Origin: Nitrosococcus oceani ATCC 19707
Lineage (GTDB): Bacteria; Pseudomonadota; Gammaproteobacteria; Nitrosococcales; Nitrosococcaceae
Direction of reading: 5' to 3'
NCBI RefSeq assembly: GCF_000012805.1
Contig: NC_007484.1
Location: 1,140,001 to 1,172,000, forward strand
Length of the DNA stretch: 32,000 nucleotides
The position numbers and the translations under genes were made by a program. The notes beneath the pieces are model-generated. The model was not told the origin of the DNA. It saw nothing but the letters and a program-made list of their open reading frames with translations, and made no database searches. Below, one piece after another: positions 1 through 9,258 of the stretch. How positions within the stretch are numbered: the first letter of the stretch is position 1; each line of letters opens with the position of its first letter.

Positions 1-355
1 TCATCCATCTCCATGAACACCTTATCGAAAGCTACTCCCTGCCTGCCCCCCGTTCCGTGGGAGCCGCTTAGGGGCAGCTGCTAGCTGGCATTCTTTCCGA
101 TGAGGCGCCTTTTTCCCTCTATGCCTTCTTGGTGTGATTAGGGGATCGGAGCCGTTCCTCTTTGAGCGCGCTCATGATTCCAAAGTTCTTGCTTGTAGCA
201 TAGGCAGAATCAGCGTGATACGCATGGTTTTAGCTACGGGCGCTGCTCTTATTAAACTTCTTTCTTAACTAGATAGTAAGCATCGGCTCTAAGCGCACTT
301 GTTTTATAGCAGCGAGTTGCTAGTTTTAATCAAGGTGGAACATAAGAAATAATCC

Positions 356-1582
356 GTGCCCCCCCGTTTGAGAAAACGACTAGTCAAGTCAATTAGAAAC
401 CGGGCTCGAGTGAGGTCGTCGGCGTCACGAAAAGCGGCGTCTCTGCCACGCCGAGAGGTAGGTGTCCGTGCCTATGAGCGCGGTGCGCGATCCAGGCTGC
501 AAAAATTTCGGCAAGGAACGGCTTTAGCCGTTGCGTTGACCGCAGCGCTACTACTGCTGTTCGGCGGTATGGATGAAACGGCGGGTCAAGAGCCGAATAA
601 TACCACGGTGATTTCCGCGCTTGATAGCCCTGCGGTTAAACAGCCCATCAAGGCCGATCCCGAAGCCTCGTTGGAGGAAGCGACCACGACTATCCGTGAT
701 CTGCTAAGCGGTTTTTATGGGTTGCTGCCAAAAATTCTAATTGCCCTGCTCTTCCTGGTGGCAGCCTGGCTGTTAGGAAAAGCCTTGCGGGTGATTACCC
801 ACAGATTGCTGCGGGGATGGGAACGAAGTGAGGCGATTGCCGCCCTGGTGCGCATCGCTCTCTTTTTAGTAGCCATTGGAGCGGGCCTCAGCGTTATTGC
901 AGGTGATGCGAGAGCCTTGGTGGGATCAGTGGGGCTGGCTGGGCTGGCGCTCTCATGGGCGTTGCAAACGCCCATCGAAAGCTTTACTGGCTGGGTGCTT
1001 AATGCCTTGCGAGACTATTATCGGCCTGGGGACCGTATTGCAGTGGGTGAGGTTTTTGGCGATGTATACCGCATTGACATTTTGACAACGACGGTTTGGG
1101 AAGCAGGCGGATCTGGCAAGCACGTGGCGGGCGCGCAACCGACGGGAGCTTTTATTACCTTTCCGAATTGGGAAATTCTCCGCTCCAATATTATCAATTA
1201 CAGTCGGGACTTTCCCTATGTGTGGGATGAAGTCGTGTTCGGGATTGCCAATGAAAGCGATCTCGCCTACACCGTCGAGATCTTTCGGCGCGTTGCCGGA
1301 GAAGTGGTTGGACCGATGATGCGTCAACCTATCGCCGAGTATCGGCGCTTGTTAGAGCGCGAGCGGCTAGCGTTCGATGTGGAAGCCGAGCCGCAGGTGT
1401 ATCTCTCCTTGGCAGAGGCATGGACCAACTGCACCATCCGTTATCTGGTGCCGGTTCGGCAGCGGCGGCGATGGGCGAGCGAGTTAATTCTAGCACTCTC
1501 CATTGAGATGATACGCCCCGAACACAAGGATCGCATCATAGGAGGGTATCCCCGTAGGGAAATCGATTTACTCGACAATTAG
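356..1582 (+). CDS. Mechanosensitive ion channel, MscS family
   Basis: 408-aa ORF. Hydrophobic helices (TALAVALTAALLLLF, ILIALLFLVAAWLL, IALFLVAIGAGLSVI) are followed by an MscS-type pore helix and beta domain (GLAGLALSWALQTPIESFTGW ... PGDRIAVGEVFGDVYRIDILTTTVWE). GTG start at 356 is uncertain; an alternative in-frame GTG lies at 410. The N-terminus is very basic. Confidence 0.8.
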   Translation: MPPRLRKRLVKSIRNRARVRSSASRKAASLPRREVGVRAYERGARSRLQKFRQGTALAVALTAALLLLFGGMDETAGQEPNNTTVISALDSPAVKQPIKADPEASLEEATTTIRDLLSGFYGLLPKILIALLFLVAAWLLGKALRVITHRLLRGWERSEAIAALVRIALFLVAIGAGLSVIAGDARALVGSVGLAGLALSWALQTPIESFTGWVLNALRDYYRPGDRIAVGEVFGDVYRIDILTTTVWEAGGSGKHVAGAQPTGAFITFPNWEILRSNIINYSRDFPYVWDEVVFGIANESDLAYTVEIFRRVAGEVVGPMMRQPIAEYRRLLERERLAFDVEAEPQVYLSLAEAWTNCTIRYLVPVRQRRRWASELILALSIEMIRPEHKDRIIGGYPRREIDLLDN

Positions 1583-1659
1583 ACTTGAGCATCAGCAAGT
1601 TTTTCGTGGTGAGTTGGAGCGCCACAATGCTGCCCCCTCAGCTCACTTGGCGCGAGGGC

Positions 1660-2286
1660 CTATGCTTGCTTTATTTCCTTGATTGGCCCCAGCAGTTCGT
1701 CAAGGTGAGGGGAAATGGGCTCCCCGAGTGGCAGGAACCAGACTGGGGGTTTTCCTTGCTCGCGATATTGCCGGTCCAGGGCGTTGAGCACGTCTTGCGT
1801 TGACGGGGCCGGGCCGAGGAGTTTTTCCAGGTGGGAAGCTACTGGCTGATCCAGGGGCAGATCGAGTTGGGAGGGGCCAAGGAGCGCTTCCAAATGGGGC
1901 GCGATAGGCTCCGTGAGCGGCAAGAACCAAACGGCCGGCTTGTGTTCCCGCCGGTATTGTTCGTCCAGGGCGTTGAGCATCATCTGCACCGGCTGGGCCG
2001 GTCCCAGCAGCCGCTCGACTTCTTCCGGCGTGATGGGATTTAGCGGCCCTGGGGTCTGCGTTGCCGTTTGCAGCCACTGCTCGATGTCATCCGGCGGAAC
2101 ATCTAATGCGCTGAGTAAATGGCGGTAGTTTTCCAAATTCGATTGCATATACGGATGGGTATGGCCAGCCGTTTGCTGGGAACGGTAAAAGATTGCCGCC
2201 ATGCGACGGAAGAGGGGCTCGGCCTTGGTGAACAGAGCTTTGGCATTGAGCAATAGTGCAAGATTGTTCAGCAACGGTGCCGTCAA
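1660..2286 (-). CDS. C-terminal fragment of a disrupted STAND gene: terminal TPR_12-like repeats plus two 63-aa tandem repeats (likely pseudogene piece)
   Basis: N-terminus LLNNLALLLNAKALFTKAEPLFRRMAAIFYRSQQTAGHTHPYMQSNLENYRHLL matches the kinesin-light-chain-type TPR consensus. The annotated start is TTG. The same reading frame continues upstream through a single TGA (2350-2352) into the 99-aa ORF 2350..2649. Confidence 0.6.
   Translation of the reverse strand: MTAPLLNNLALLLNAKALFTKAEPLFRRMAAIFYRSQQTAGHTHPYMQSNLENYRHLLSALDVPPDDIEQWLQTATQTPGPLNPITPEEVERLLGPAQPVQMMLNALDEQYRREHKPAVWFLPLTEPIAPHLEALLGPSQLDLPLDQPVASHLEKLLGPAPSTQDVLNALDRQYREQGKPPVWFLPLGEPISPHLDELLGPIKEIKQA
1684..2034 (-). repeat. 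Coding tandem duplication, period 189 nt (63 aa), two units
   Basis: Residues 85-147 and 148-201 of the 208-aa ORF align at a constant 63-residue offset (ERLLGP/EKLLGP; LNALDEQYRREHKPAVWFLPLTEPIAPHLEALLGP vs LNALDRQYREQGKPPVWFLPLGEPISPHLDELLGP). The identical 16-mer tccagggcgttgagca occurs at 1775-1790 and 1964-1979, exactly 189 nt apart. Confidence 0.8.
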
Positions 2287-2401
2287 CGCGGTAATGTCGT
2301 GCTGGTCGGCTGCCGCGGTGGCGAAGGCGATATGGGCGCGTAGCGGCTCTCAACGCGGCCAGGTGCGCACATCCTGCGGATGCCCAGCCAGTTGTTGGGC
2401 C

Positions 2402-3307
2402 TCATCGACTAGCCTCAGAGCCAATGACAGCCAATAATAGTGCTGCCGGTGCTTGTGGAGGCCAAGTTTCCTCAAAACCGAGGTTAACCAATGGACCGCC
2501 GGCTTCGGCCAGATTCCGTTGCAGATTGGTTGGAGAATCGGCCGTCGCGAATAGCACCGCCGAATATTTATCCCTGTGCTGCCAGGTATATTCGACCGCC
2601 AGCCGCGTTTTGCCCACGCCCCCCAAGCCATGCACCGCCTTGCCAACAATGGCCGTTGCCTTGCTAGCCGCTTTCGTCAGGCTGGTGTGCAACTGCTGGA
2701 GAAAGGTTTCCCGGCCCTTGAACAGGGTACCCAGAGAGGAATAAGGGAGCAAGCAGGGGCGGTGTTGGGGAATCTCGCCGGGCCAAAGATTGTGCAAATC
2801 CCGCAGCACCCGGCGGCATAGGTGCTGCGCACCATCGAACGTGCCCCGATGTTCGCCCAGGTTTTTAAGCCATTCCCAATGGCGCTGCTGCGGGTGGCTA
2901 TCAGGCAGCGGGTTTTGATCCCAGCCGCCGGGTTGATAAAGATGGCAGCGCTTGCGGTGGTAGAGGGCTAGCCAGGCTTCCATTTGCGTGTAGGTCAGTG
3001 TCGGCGGGGAAGCGTGCAGTGCTGGCGCTAGCCATGGAAACCGCTCGGCGAAGTCGCCGTAGGTGTCAAGCAGCCAGAGAACTTCGTCCGGCTTGAGGGG
3101 TTGCCCTCCTTCGCGGCCCACCAAGTGGATCACGGCGTTGCAATGGTCGCGGATGTAGCGGTCGAGGGTTTGCAGCAGCTTGCCTCCGCCCTGGACCAGA
3201 TCGGCCTGCTCCTGCACCTTGATCCACGGCAGGTTAAGAGCGGCTTTCAACGTCTCGCGATGGGAGCCGAATTCGTCGGTGACAGCGGAGAGAAAGATCC
3301 GGCGCAT
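2402..3307 (-). CDS. N-terminal fragment of a STAND NTPase: DUF4062-like domain + NB-ARC-type P-loop, truncated about 60 aa after the Walker A motif (likely pseudogene piece)
   Basis: The N-terminus MRRIFLSAVTDEFGSHRETLKAAL ... AVIHLVGREGG ... TYTQMEAWLALYHRKRCHLY resembles the DUF4062 pattern (FISS..DL..ER, then SYTE.E...A). Walker A is GLGGVGKTRLAVEY. The ORF ends soon after, with no Walker B, winged-helix or other NB-ARC motifs. Confidence 0.6.
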   Translation of the reverse strand: MRRIFLSAVTDEFGSHRETLKAALNLPWIKVQEQADLVQGGGKLLQTLDRYIRDHCNAVIHLVGREGGQPLKPDEVLWLLDTYGDFAERFPWLAPALHASPPTLTYTQMEAWLALYHRKRCHLYQPGGWDQNPLPDSHPQQRHWEWLKNLGEHRGTFDGAQHLCRRVLRDLHNLWPGEIPQHRPCLLPYSSLGTLFKGRETFLQQLHTSLTKAASKATAIVGKAVHGLGGVGKTRLAVEYTWQHRDKYSAVLFATADSPTNLQRNLAEAGGPLVNLGFEETWPPQAPAALLLAVIGSEASR

Positions 3308-3355
3308 TTTAGACTCCAGTCTATTGGGGCATTTGCGGCCCTTGATTTCGCCTGC

Positions 3356-4360
3356 TCACCTTGCCAGCAGCGCCCTTGGACCAAGGCGGCAAGGGGGAAG
3401 CCAGGGGGTGTTTTCGCCAAGGTCTCCGTTCATTATGTCGAGGCCCATCGTCACCATGAGTTCGGCGTAACAGGATGAATAATAGCGTCTTTTATTAGGC
3501 GACGCCAATGCTACCGTGGCGCAGAGGGTCGCCAGGATATGCAGGGTAATAATCAAAGCGGCTGCATAGCGGAATAATTGTTGGTGCTTCTTGGCCCAGC
3601 CGCTGGCAAACTCTTTCCAATCGCTCGATCCATTGGGTGTCGCTGGGAATTTTTCCTCCCCTGCCAGGAGAGAAAATTGGTCCAAGGGTTCCGGGACAGC
3701 CGGCGGGCGAAAGGGGCGATCCGAATTGGAATGCCAGGTGTGATGGCAGACGGGGTGGCCGTTTTGAACGGCGATGCGAATTTCCAGCGCTGGGACGCCG
3801 ATGGCTTTGGCCCGTTCGAGCAGCTCGTTGGTCCCGCCCGCTTTATCCTGGGAATCGTCGCGCAGCAGGCACACGATGGCGTCGCTGACGCGGAGGATTT
3901 CGGCGTTCGTCTCGCGGAACCGCTCGGTGCGGTCCGGTGATTGGCTGATGACCCGCTGCTGGATGATGTGTTCCGAAGCGAGTAGCGATTCGGCCTCGCG
4001 CCGTTGAGCGGGCGTGAAATCAGGGGTTCCGCTGGAACTGGCGGCCGCTAGATAATCACCTGCCGGCTGCGGCAGGAAGAGGCGTTGCGGGATCTGTAAG
4101 GTCTGGCAGGCACGGCTAAAAAGCGTGTCCGCGCCGCAGGCGATTTGGGAGATTCCGCAGAGAAAGTGGTGGGAGGATAATTTCAACTGGCGAGGCAATT
4201 CGCCGAGGGATTTCACCAGGTATTGCTCCCCGGTGTCGCGCCATTGCCGCTCGGCATCGGGGTCGGCGGGCGGCTTTTCAAACAGTTGGCGCGATCCGGC
4301 AAAGCCGATTTGGACGACACAGGGAAGGGCGCGGGTTTGCTTCGTGGCCATGTGGGACAT
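3356..4360 (-). CDS. SLOG-like (LOG/DprA-type Rossmann) domain protein with a C-terminal transmembrane segment
   Basis: 334-aa ORF. Strand-loop VVQIGFAGSR, a DprA/LOG-like GISQIACGADTLFSRAC loop, and a late AIVCLL...KAGGTNELLERAKAIGVPALEI element fit the SLOG superfamily pattern. A hydrophobic helix YAAALIITLHILATLCATVALA lies near the C-terminus. The stop is 49 bp upstream of the DUF4062/STAND start on the same strand. The C-terminus may be truncated. Confidence 0.5.
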   Translation of the reverse strand: MSHMATKQTRALPCVVQIGFAGSRQLFEKPPADPDAERQWRDTGEQYLVKSLGELPRQLKLSSHHFLCGISQIACGADTLFSRACQTLQIPQRLFLPQPAGDYLAAASSSGTPDFTPAQRREAESLLASEHIIQQRVISQSPDRTERFRETNAEILRVSDAIVCLLRDDSQDKAGGTNELLERAKAIGVPALEIRIAVQNGHPVCHHTWHSNSDRPFRPPAVPEPLDQFSLLAGEEKFPATPNGSSDWKEFASGWAKKHQQLFRYAAALIITLHILATLCATVALASPNKRRYYSSCYAELMVTMGLDIMNGDLGENTPWLPPCRLGPRALLAR

Positions 4361-4446
4361 CAGGGGTACTCTCCTTCGACTCGCCTGCCCTGGGGCGGCT
4401 GGTTAGCATTCCAAGTTAACGACGTAGATGAAAAAAGGGGTTAGCC

Positions 4447-4728
4447 ATGCGTGTTATACACACTTCCGACTGGCACCTAGGGCAATATTTTATAGGAAAG
4501 AGCCGGAAGCGGGATCGCCAGGGAGAAACGCTGCCTATTATCGCTACCGGGCATCTCGCCACGGTTGGCAACGAATTTCTATCTAAATTAATTAAAAAAA
4601 CAATAGTTTATTGTATATCAACCTTGGCTGAAGGTTTTACAGGCTATGATGTTTGCGAAATACTAGCAGCTGTTAAGCAAGGGGTTACTGAATGGACCGG
4701 CCAGTGTATCCTTGATCTTTTAATTTAA
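4447..4728 (+). pseudogene. sbcD: sbcD (Mre11-type nuclease subunit) relic with internal deletion and 3' truncation
   Basis: MRVIHTSDWHLGQYFIGKSR is the canonical SbcD N-terminus (phosphoesterase motif I, D-x-H). It is joined after about 8 residues to LPIIATGHLATVG, which sits roughly 180 residues into intact SbcD. The intervening GD..D and GNHD motifs are absent. The remaining 52 codons are AT-rich and unrelated. No sbcC follows. Confidence 0.7.
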
Positions 4729-4778
4729 GTGGGCAATAAGGTTAGTCTAGCATTCGTTAGGTTTATTGATGTACCGTT

Positions 4779-5093
4779 ATGAGAACTAAAGATGTGATGA
4801 TGGTCCGTATTTACCTCACAGAGGCAGAGGGCCATCTGGATACGCTGCTGAAGCGGCTCCATGATTGGAGCCAGGTGCAAGGGGTTACCGTGTTTCATGG
4901 AATAGCGGGATTTGGGCCTTCGGGACCCATGCACCCAATTTCTCCAGCCCGGATTTCAGGGGATTTACCGGTAGTCGTTGAGTTTTTTGATGAACCGGCT
5001 AAAGCTGAAGTGATATTGGAGACCCTTTCCCATATTATTAAACCGGGTCATGTGGTGTGTTGGCCTGCACGTATTATTGTGGAAGATAAATAG
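4779..5093 (+). CDS. DUF190 (UPF0166, PII-like fold) protein
   Basis: 104 aa. VRIYLTEAEGH...LHDWSQVQGVTVFHGIAGFG...DLPVVVEFFDEPAKAEVILETL matches the DUF190 pattern (RIY.ge.d...G.TV.RGi.GfG...dLPvviE.vD). Confidence 0.75.
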   Translation: MRTKDVMMVRIYLTEAEGHLDTLLKRLHDWSQVQGVTVFHGIAGFGPSGPMHPISPARISGDLPVVVEFFDEPAKAEVILETLSHIIKPGHVVCWPARIIVEDK

Positions 5094-6383
<1,290 letters not shown>

Positions 6384-6458
6384 CCCTGTGAGGCATCATT
6401 TGACATTTTGCTTTCAAGCAGCGCCTGGCGCCGCCTCAATTGCAGGTATAATAAATTT

Positions 6459-7160
6459 ATGGAAGAGTTGTCAATCGTACAGCGGATTGCCATTTGGGTG
6501 TTGCCTATATTGTTCGCTATTACCGTCCATGAGGTAGCGCATGGTTGGATGGCGCTTCGATTGGGGGATCACACTGCGCAAATGATGGGCCGGTTAACGC
6601 TCAATCCCATCAATCATATCGATCCTATTGGTACTTTGGTCGTTCCAGGGGTTTTATTATTACTCGGCGGCGTTGTTTTTGGTTGGGCCAAGCCGGTACC
6701 GGTGTCCTGGGATAAACTTCGCAATCCTCAGCGGGATATGGCCATTGTTGCTTTGGCGGGACCGATGGCCAACCTCATTATGGCTGTTTTCTGGGCGGTA
6801 GTATGCCGCCTGGGAATTGCTTTGGCGCTAGAGTTTCCCATGATGGGGGTGCCGCTAGCTTATATGGGGATTGCTGGGATGCTCATTAATGCCATCTTGA
6901 TGATGCTAAATCTCATCCCCTTACCCCCTCTCGATGGAGGAAGAGTATTGGTTGGAATATTGCCTGGCCCGCTTGCCTATAAGGTAAGCCGTATTGAGCC
7001 TTATGGGCTTTTTATACTCCTTGGCCTGCTATTTACCGGTATTTTACAGGGTATCTTGGGACCCTTGGTAGATCTGCTTTTAAGTGGATTAGTAGAGCTA
7101 GTAGGTGTGCCAAAGCGGGAATTTGTCGGAGGATTGTTAACTCTAATGGGAGCCCAATAA
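6459..7160 (+). CDS. Site-2 protease family (peptidase M50) membrane metalloprotease
   Basis: HEVAHG zinc motif in the first TM helix, multiple TM helices, and LNLIPLPPLDGG (the second M50 motif). ATG at 6459 (MEELSIVQ...) is preferred over the TTG at 6408 given in the ORF track. Confidence 0.85.
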   Translation: MEELSIVQRIAIWVLPILFAITVHEVAHGWMALRLGDHTAQMMGRLTLNPINHIDPIGTLVVPGVLLLLGGVVFGWAKPVPVSWDKLRNPQRDMAIVALAGPMANLIMAVFWAVVCRLGIALALEFPMMGVPLAYMGIAGMLINAILMMLNLIPLPPLDGGRVLVGILPGPLAYKVSRIEPYGLFILLGLLFTGILQGILGPLVDLLLSGLVELVGVPKREFVGGLLTLMGAQ

Positions 7161-7181
7161 AGTGAAAGGAAGAGTAAACAC

Positions 7182-8399
7182 ATGGCTATGAGTTCCCTAC
7201 AATCCCAGCGCGTGCTTTCCGGAATGCGTCCAACCGGGCAGCTGCATCTGGGCCACTATCATGGCGTACTGAAAAACTGGGCCCGGTTGCAACACGAATA
7301 CAACTGTTTTTTCTTTGTGGCCGACTGGCATGCTTTGACGACGGAGTACGAAAATCCCCAGGTAATTACCGACAGCGTCTGGGATATGGTCATCGACTGG
7401 CTGGCTGCGGGAATTGAGCCTTCGGCAGCGACTTTATTTATTCAGTCGAAGGTGCCTGAGCATGCGGAGTTGCATCTTCTATTATCCATGATAACTCCCC
7501 TTGGTTGGTTGGAACGGGTGCCGACTTACAAGGACCAGCAGGAAAAATTAAAAGAGAAGGATCTGGCGACTTATGGTTTTTTGGGCTACCCGCTACTGCA
7601 AAGCGCCGATATTCTCGTTTATAAAGCAACTCGGGTTCCAGTGGGAGAAGATCAGGTTCCTCACGTGGAGATGAGCCGGGAAATTACCCGGCGTTTTAAT
7701 CATCTCTATGGCCGTGAACCAGGCTTTGAAGAGCTGGTGGAAGCGGCTATAAAAAAAATGGGTAAGAAAAATGCCCAGCTTTACCGGGAATTGCGCCGTC
7801 GTTTCCAGGAGCAGGGAGATGTGGAAGCCTTGGATAAAGCTCGTGCTTTTCTAGAAACGCAGCAGAATCTTACCCTTGGTGATCGGGAACGTTTATTCGG
7901 CCATCTGGAAGGGGAAGGTAAAGTCATTCTGCCGGAACCGCAGGCCTTGCTGACCCCAGCCGCTCGTATGCCAGGGCTCGATGGACAAAAAATGTCTAAA
8001 TCCTACGGCAATACGATTGCCTTGCGTGAGCCACCTGAGCAAGTGGAACGGAAGCTCCGCACCATGCCTACGGATCCAGCCCGCGTGCGGCGCACCGATC
8101 CCGGCGATCCCGAAAAATGTCCGGTCTGGCAATTCCATAGGGTTTACTCTGACGATGAGGTGAAGGAGTGGGTTCAGAAAGGATGCAGAACAGCAGGTAT
8201 TGGTTGCTTGGACTGCAAGCAGCCAATTATTGATGCTATTCAGTCTGAACTAAAGCCTATTCGAGAGCGGGCGCAAGAATATGCTCACCATCCCGAGGAG
8301 ATCCAACGGATTATCAAAGAGGGTAACGAGGCGGCCCGCGAAGTGGCCCGCGAGACGATGGCGGAGGTGCGCCAAGCAATGGGATTGTCCTATCGTTAA
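7182..8399 (+). CDS. trpS: Tryptophanyl-tRNA synthetase (long form)
   Basis: 405 aa. SGMRPTGQLHLGHYHG (HIGH-type motif), GEDQVPHVE and KMSKS present. Confidence 0.95.
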   Translation: MAMSSLQSQRVLSGMRPTGQLHLGHYHGVLKNWARLQHEYNCFFFVADWHALTTEYENPQVITDSVWDMVIDWLAAGIEPSAATLFIQSKVPEHAELHLLLSMITPLGWLERVPTYKDQQEKLKEKDLATYGFLGYPLLQSADILVYKATRVPVGEDQVPHVEMSREITRRFNHLYGREPGFEELVEAAIKKMGKKNAQLYRELRRRFQEQGDVEALDKARAFLETQQNLTLGDRERLFGHLEGEGKVILPEPQALLTPAARMPGLDGQKMSKSYGNTIALREPPEQVERKLRTMPTDPARVRRTDPGDPEKCPVWQFHRVYSDDEVKEWVQKGCRTAGIGCLDCKQPIIDAIQSELKPIRERAQEYAHHPEEIQRIIKEGNEAAREVARETMAEVRQAMGLSYR

Positions 8400-8448
8400 A
8401 TTGCCCAGAAGCCATGTGGTTAACTAAAACGCCACCGAAATCAGGACC

Positions 8449-9258
8449 ATGAGCGAATCATCCGGGCAAGTCCCATCTTCAGAAGCATCGGCGCTAGCTG
8501 TCGTCCGAGGACAGCCTCTTATTGAATTACCTACCGATCTTTATATCCCTCCTGATGCTTTAGAAGTTTTTCTTGAAGCTTTTGAGGGGCCGTTAGATCT
8601 GTTGCTTTATTTGATTCGGCGGCAGAATTTGGATGTTTTGGATATCCCGATTGCTGTTATTACCCATCAATATATGGAATATATAGAGATTTTGGGGGAG
8701 CTGCGTTTAGAATTAGCAGCCGAGTATCTAGTGATGGCTGCTTGGCTTGCGGAAATCAAGTCCAGGATGCTTTTGCCCCGTCCCCAGGAGAGCGCTGAGG
8801 AAGAGGGAGATCCCCGAATGGAACTGGTGCGCCGTCTGCAAGAGTACGAGCGTTATAAAAAAGCGGCTGAAGATTTGGATTCATTGCCTCGTGTGGGTCG
8901 GGATATCTTCGAGACCGGAGTTCATGTTCCCCCGGGGCAGGTGACCAAACCGCAGCCCACACTCGAGTTAACTGATCTCTTATTTGCGCTTAAAGGCGTG
9001 CTGGCCCGGGCAGATCTGTTTAGCCACCACCATGTGGCCCAAGAAACTCTATCGGTACGGGAACGTATGGGAGAGGTGCTAAGCCGGGTTGAGGCGGATA
9101 GCTTTTTTGAATTTACTGCTTTATTGCATCCAGAGGAGGGGCGCTTGGGGGTGGTGGTCACTTTTCTGGCAATTCTCGAGCTAATTAAAGAATCCCTGCT
9201 GGAAGTAGTTCAGGCTGAATCCTATGGTCCCCTCCATGTACGGGCGGTAGCAGCATGA
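8449..9258 (+). CDS. scpA: Segregation and condensation protein A
   Basis: 269 aa. FEGPLDLLLYLIRRQNLDVLDIPIAVITHQY is the ScpA signature. Overlaps the next gene by 4 nt. Confidence 0.92.
   Translation: MSESSGQVPSSEASALAVVRGQPLIELPTDLYIPPDALEVFLEAFEGPLDLLLYLIRRQNLDVLDIPIAVITHQYMEYIEILGELRLELAAEYLVMAAWLAEIKSRMLLPRPQESAEEEGDPRMELVRRLQEYERYKKAAEDLDSLPRVGRDIFETGVHVPPGQVTKPQPTLELTDLLFALKGVLARADLFSHHHVAQETLSVRERMGEVLSRVEADSFFEFTALLHPEEGRLGVVVTFLAILELIKESLLEVVQAESYGPLHVRAVAA

Noticed and set aside
1-355. Possible end of a + strand ORF (stop at 79-81), or start of a - strand ORF (ATG complement at 12-14) running off the left edge
   Set aside because: Fewer than 30 codons are visible in either case and there is no recognisable motif, so neither can be supported.
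2350-2352. In-frame TGA in the STAND gene as possible selenocysteine or programmed readthrough
   Set aside because: The codon falls in an ordinary TPR helix position, not a redox Cys/Sec site. I saw no SECIS-like hairpin immediately downstream. The same gene also has a frame change and a large deletion, so simple decay is more parsimonious.
3101-4444. Several + strand ORFs (3101..3478, 3180..3470, 3578..3940, 3637..3888, 3774..4007, 4125..4406, 4223..4444) opposite the SLOG-like gene
   Set aside because: They are mutually overlapping in a 65-68% GC stretch, with Arg/Ala/Gly-rich composition and no motifs. The - strand ORF carries the recognisable Rossmann pattern.
4729-4778. Possible fluoride (crcB-motif) riboswitch upstream of the DUF190 gene, since DUF190 is often fluoride-linked
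   Set aside because: The 50-nt leader has only loose resemblances (GGGCAAUAAGG..., UUGAUGUACC). It lacks a pairable P1 and the conserved AAC.GCC core. No crcB is nearby.
6408-6458. TTG-initiated 17-codon N-terminal extension of the M50 protease given in the ORF track
   Set aside because: The extension (MLSSSAWRRLNCRYNKF) is not hydrophobic or conserved-looking. ATG at 6459 gives the usual short lead-in before the HExxH helix. This remains uncertain.
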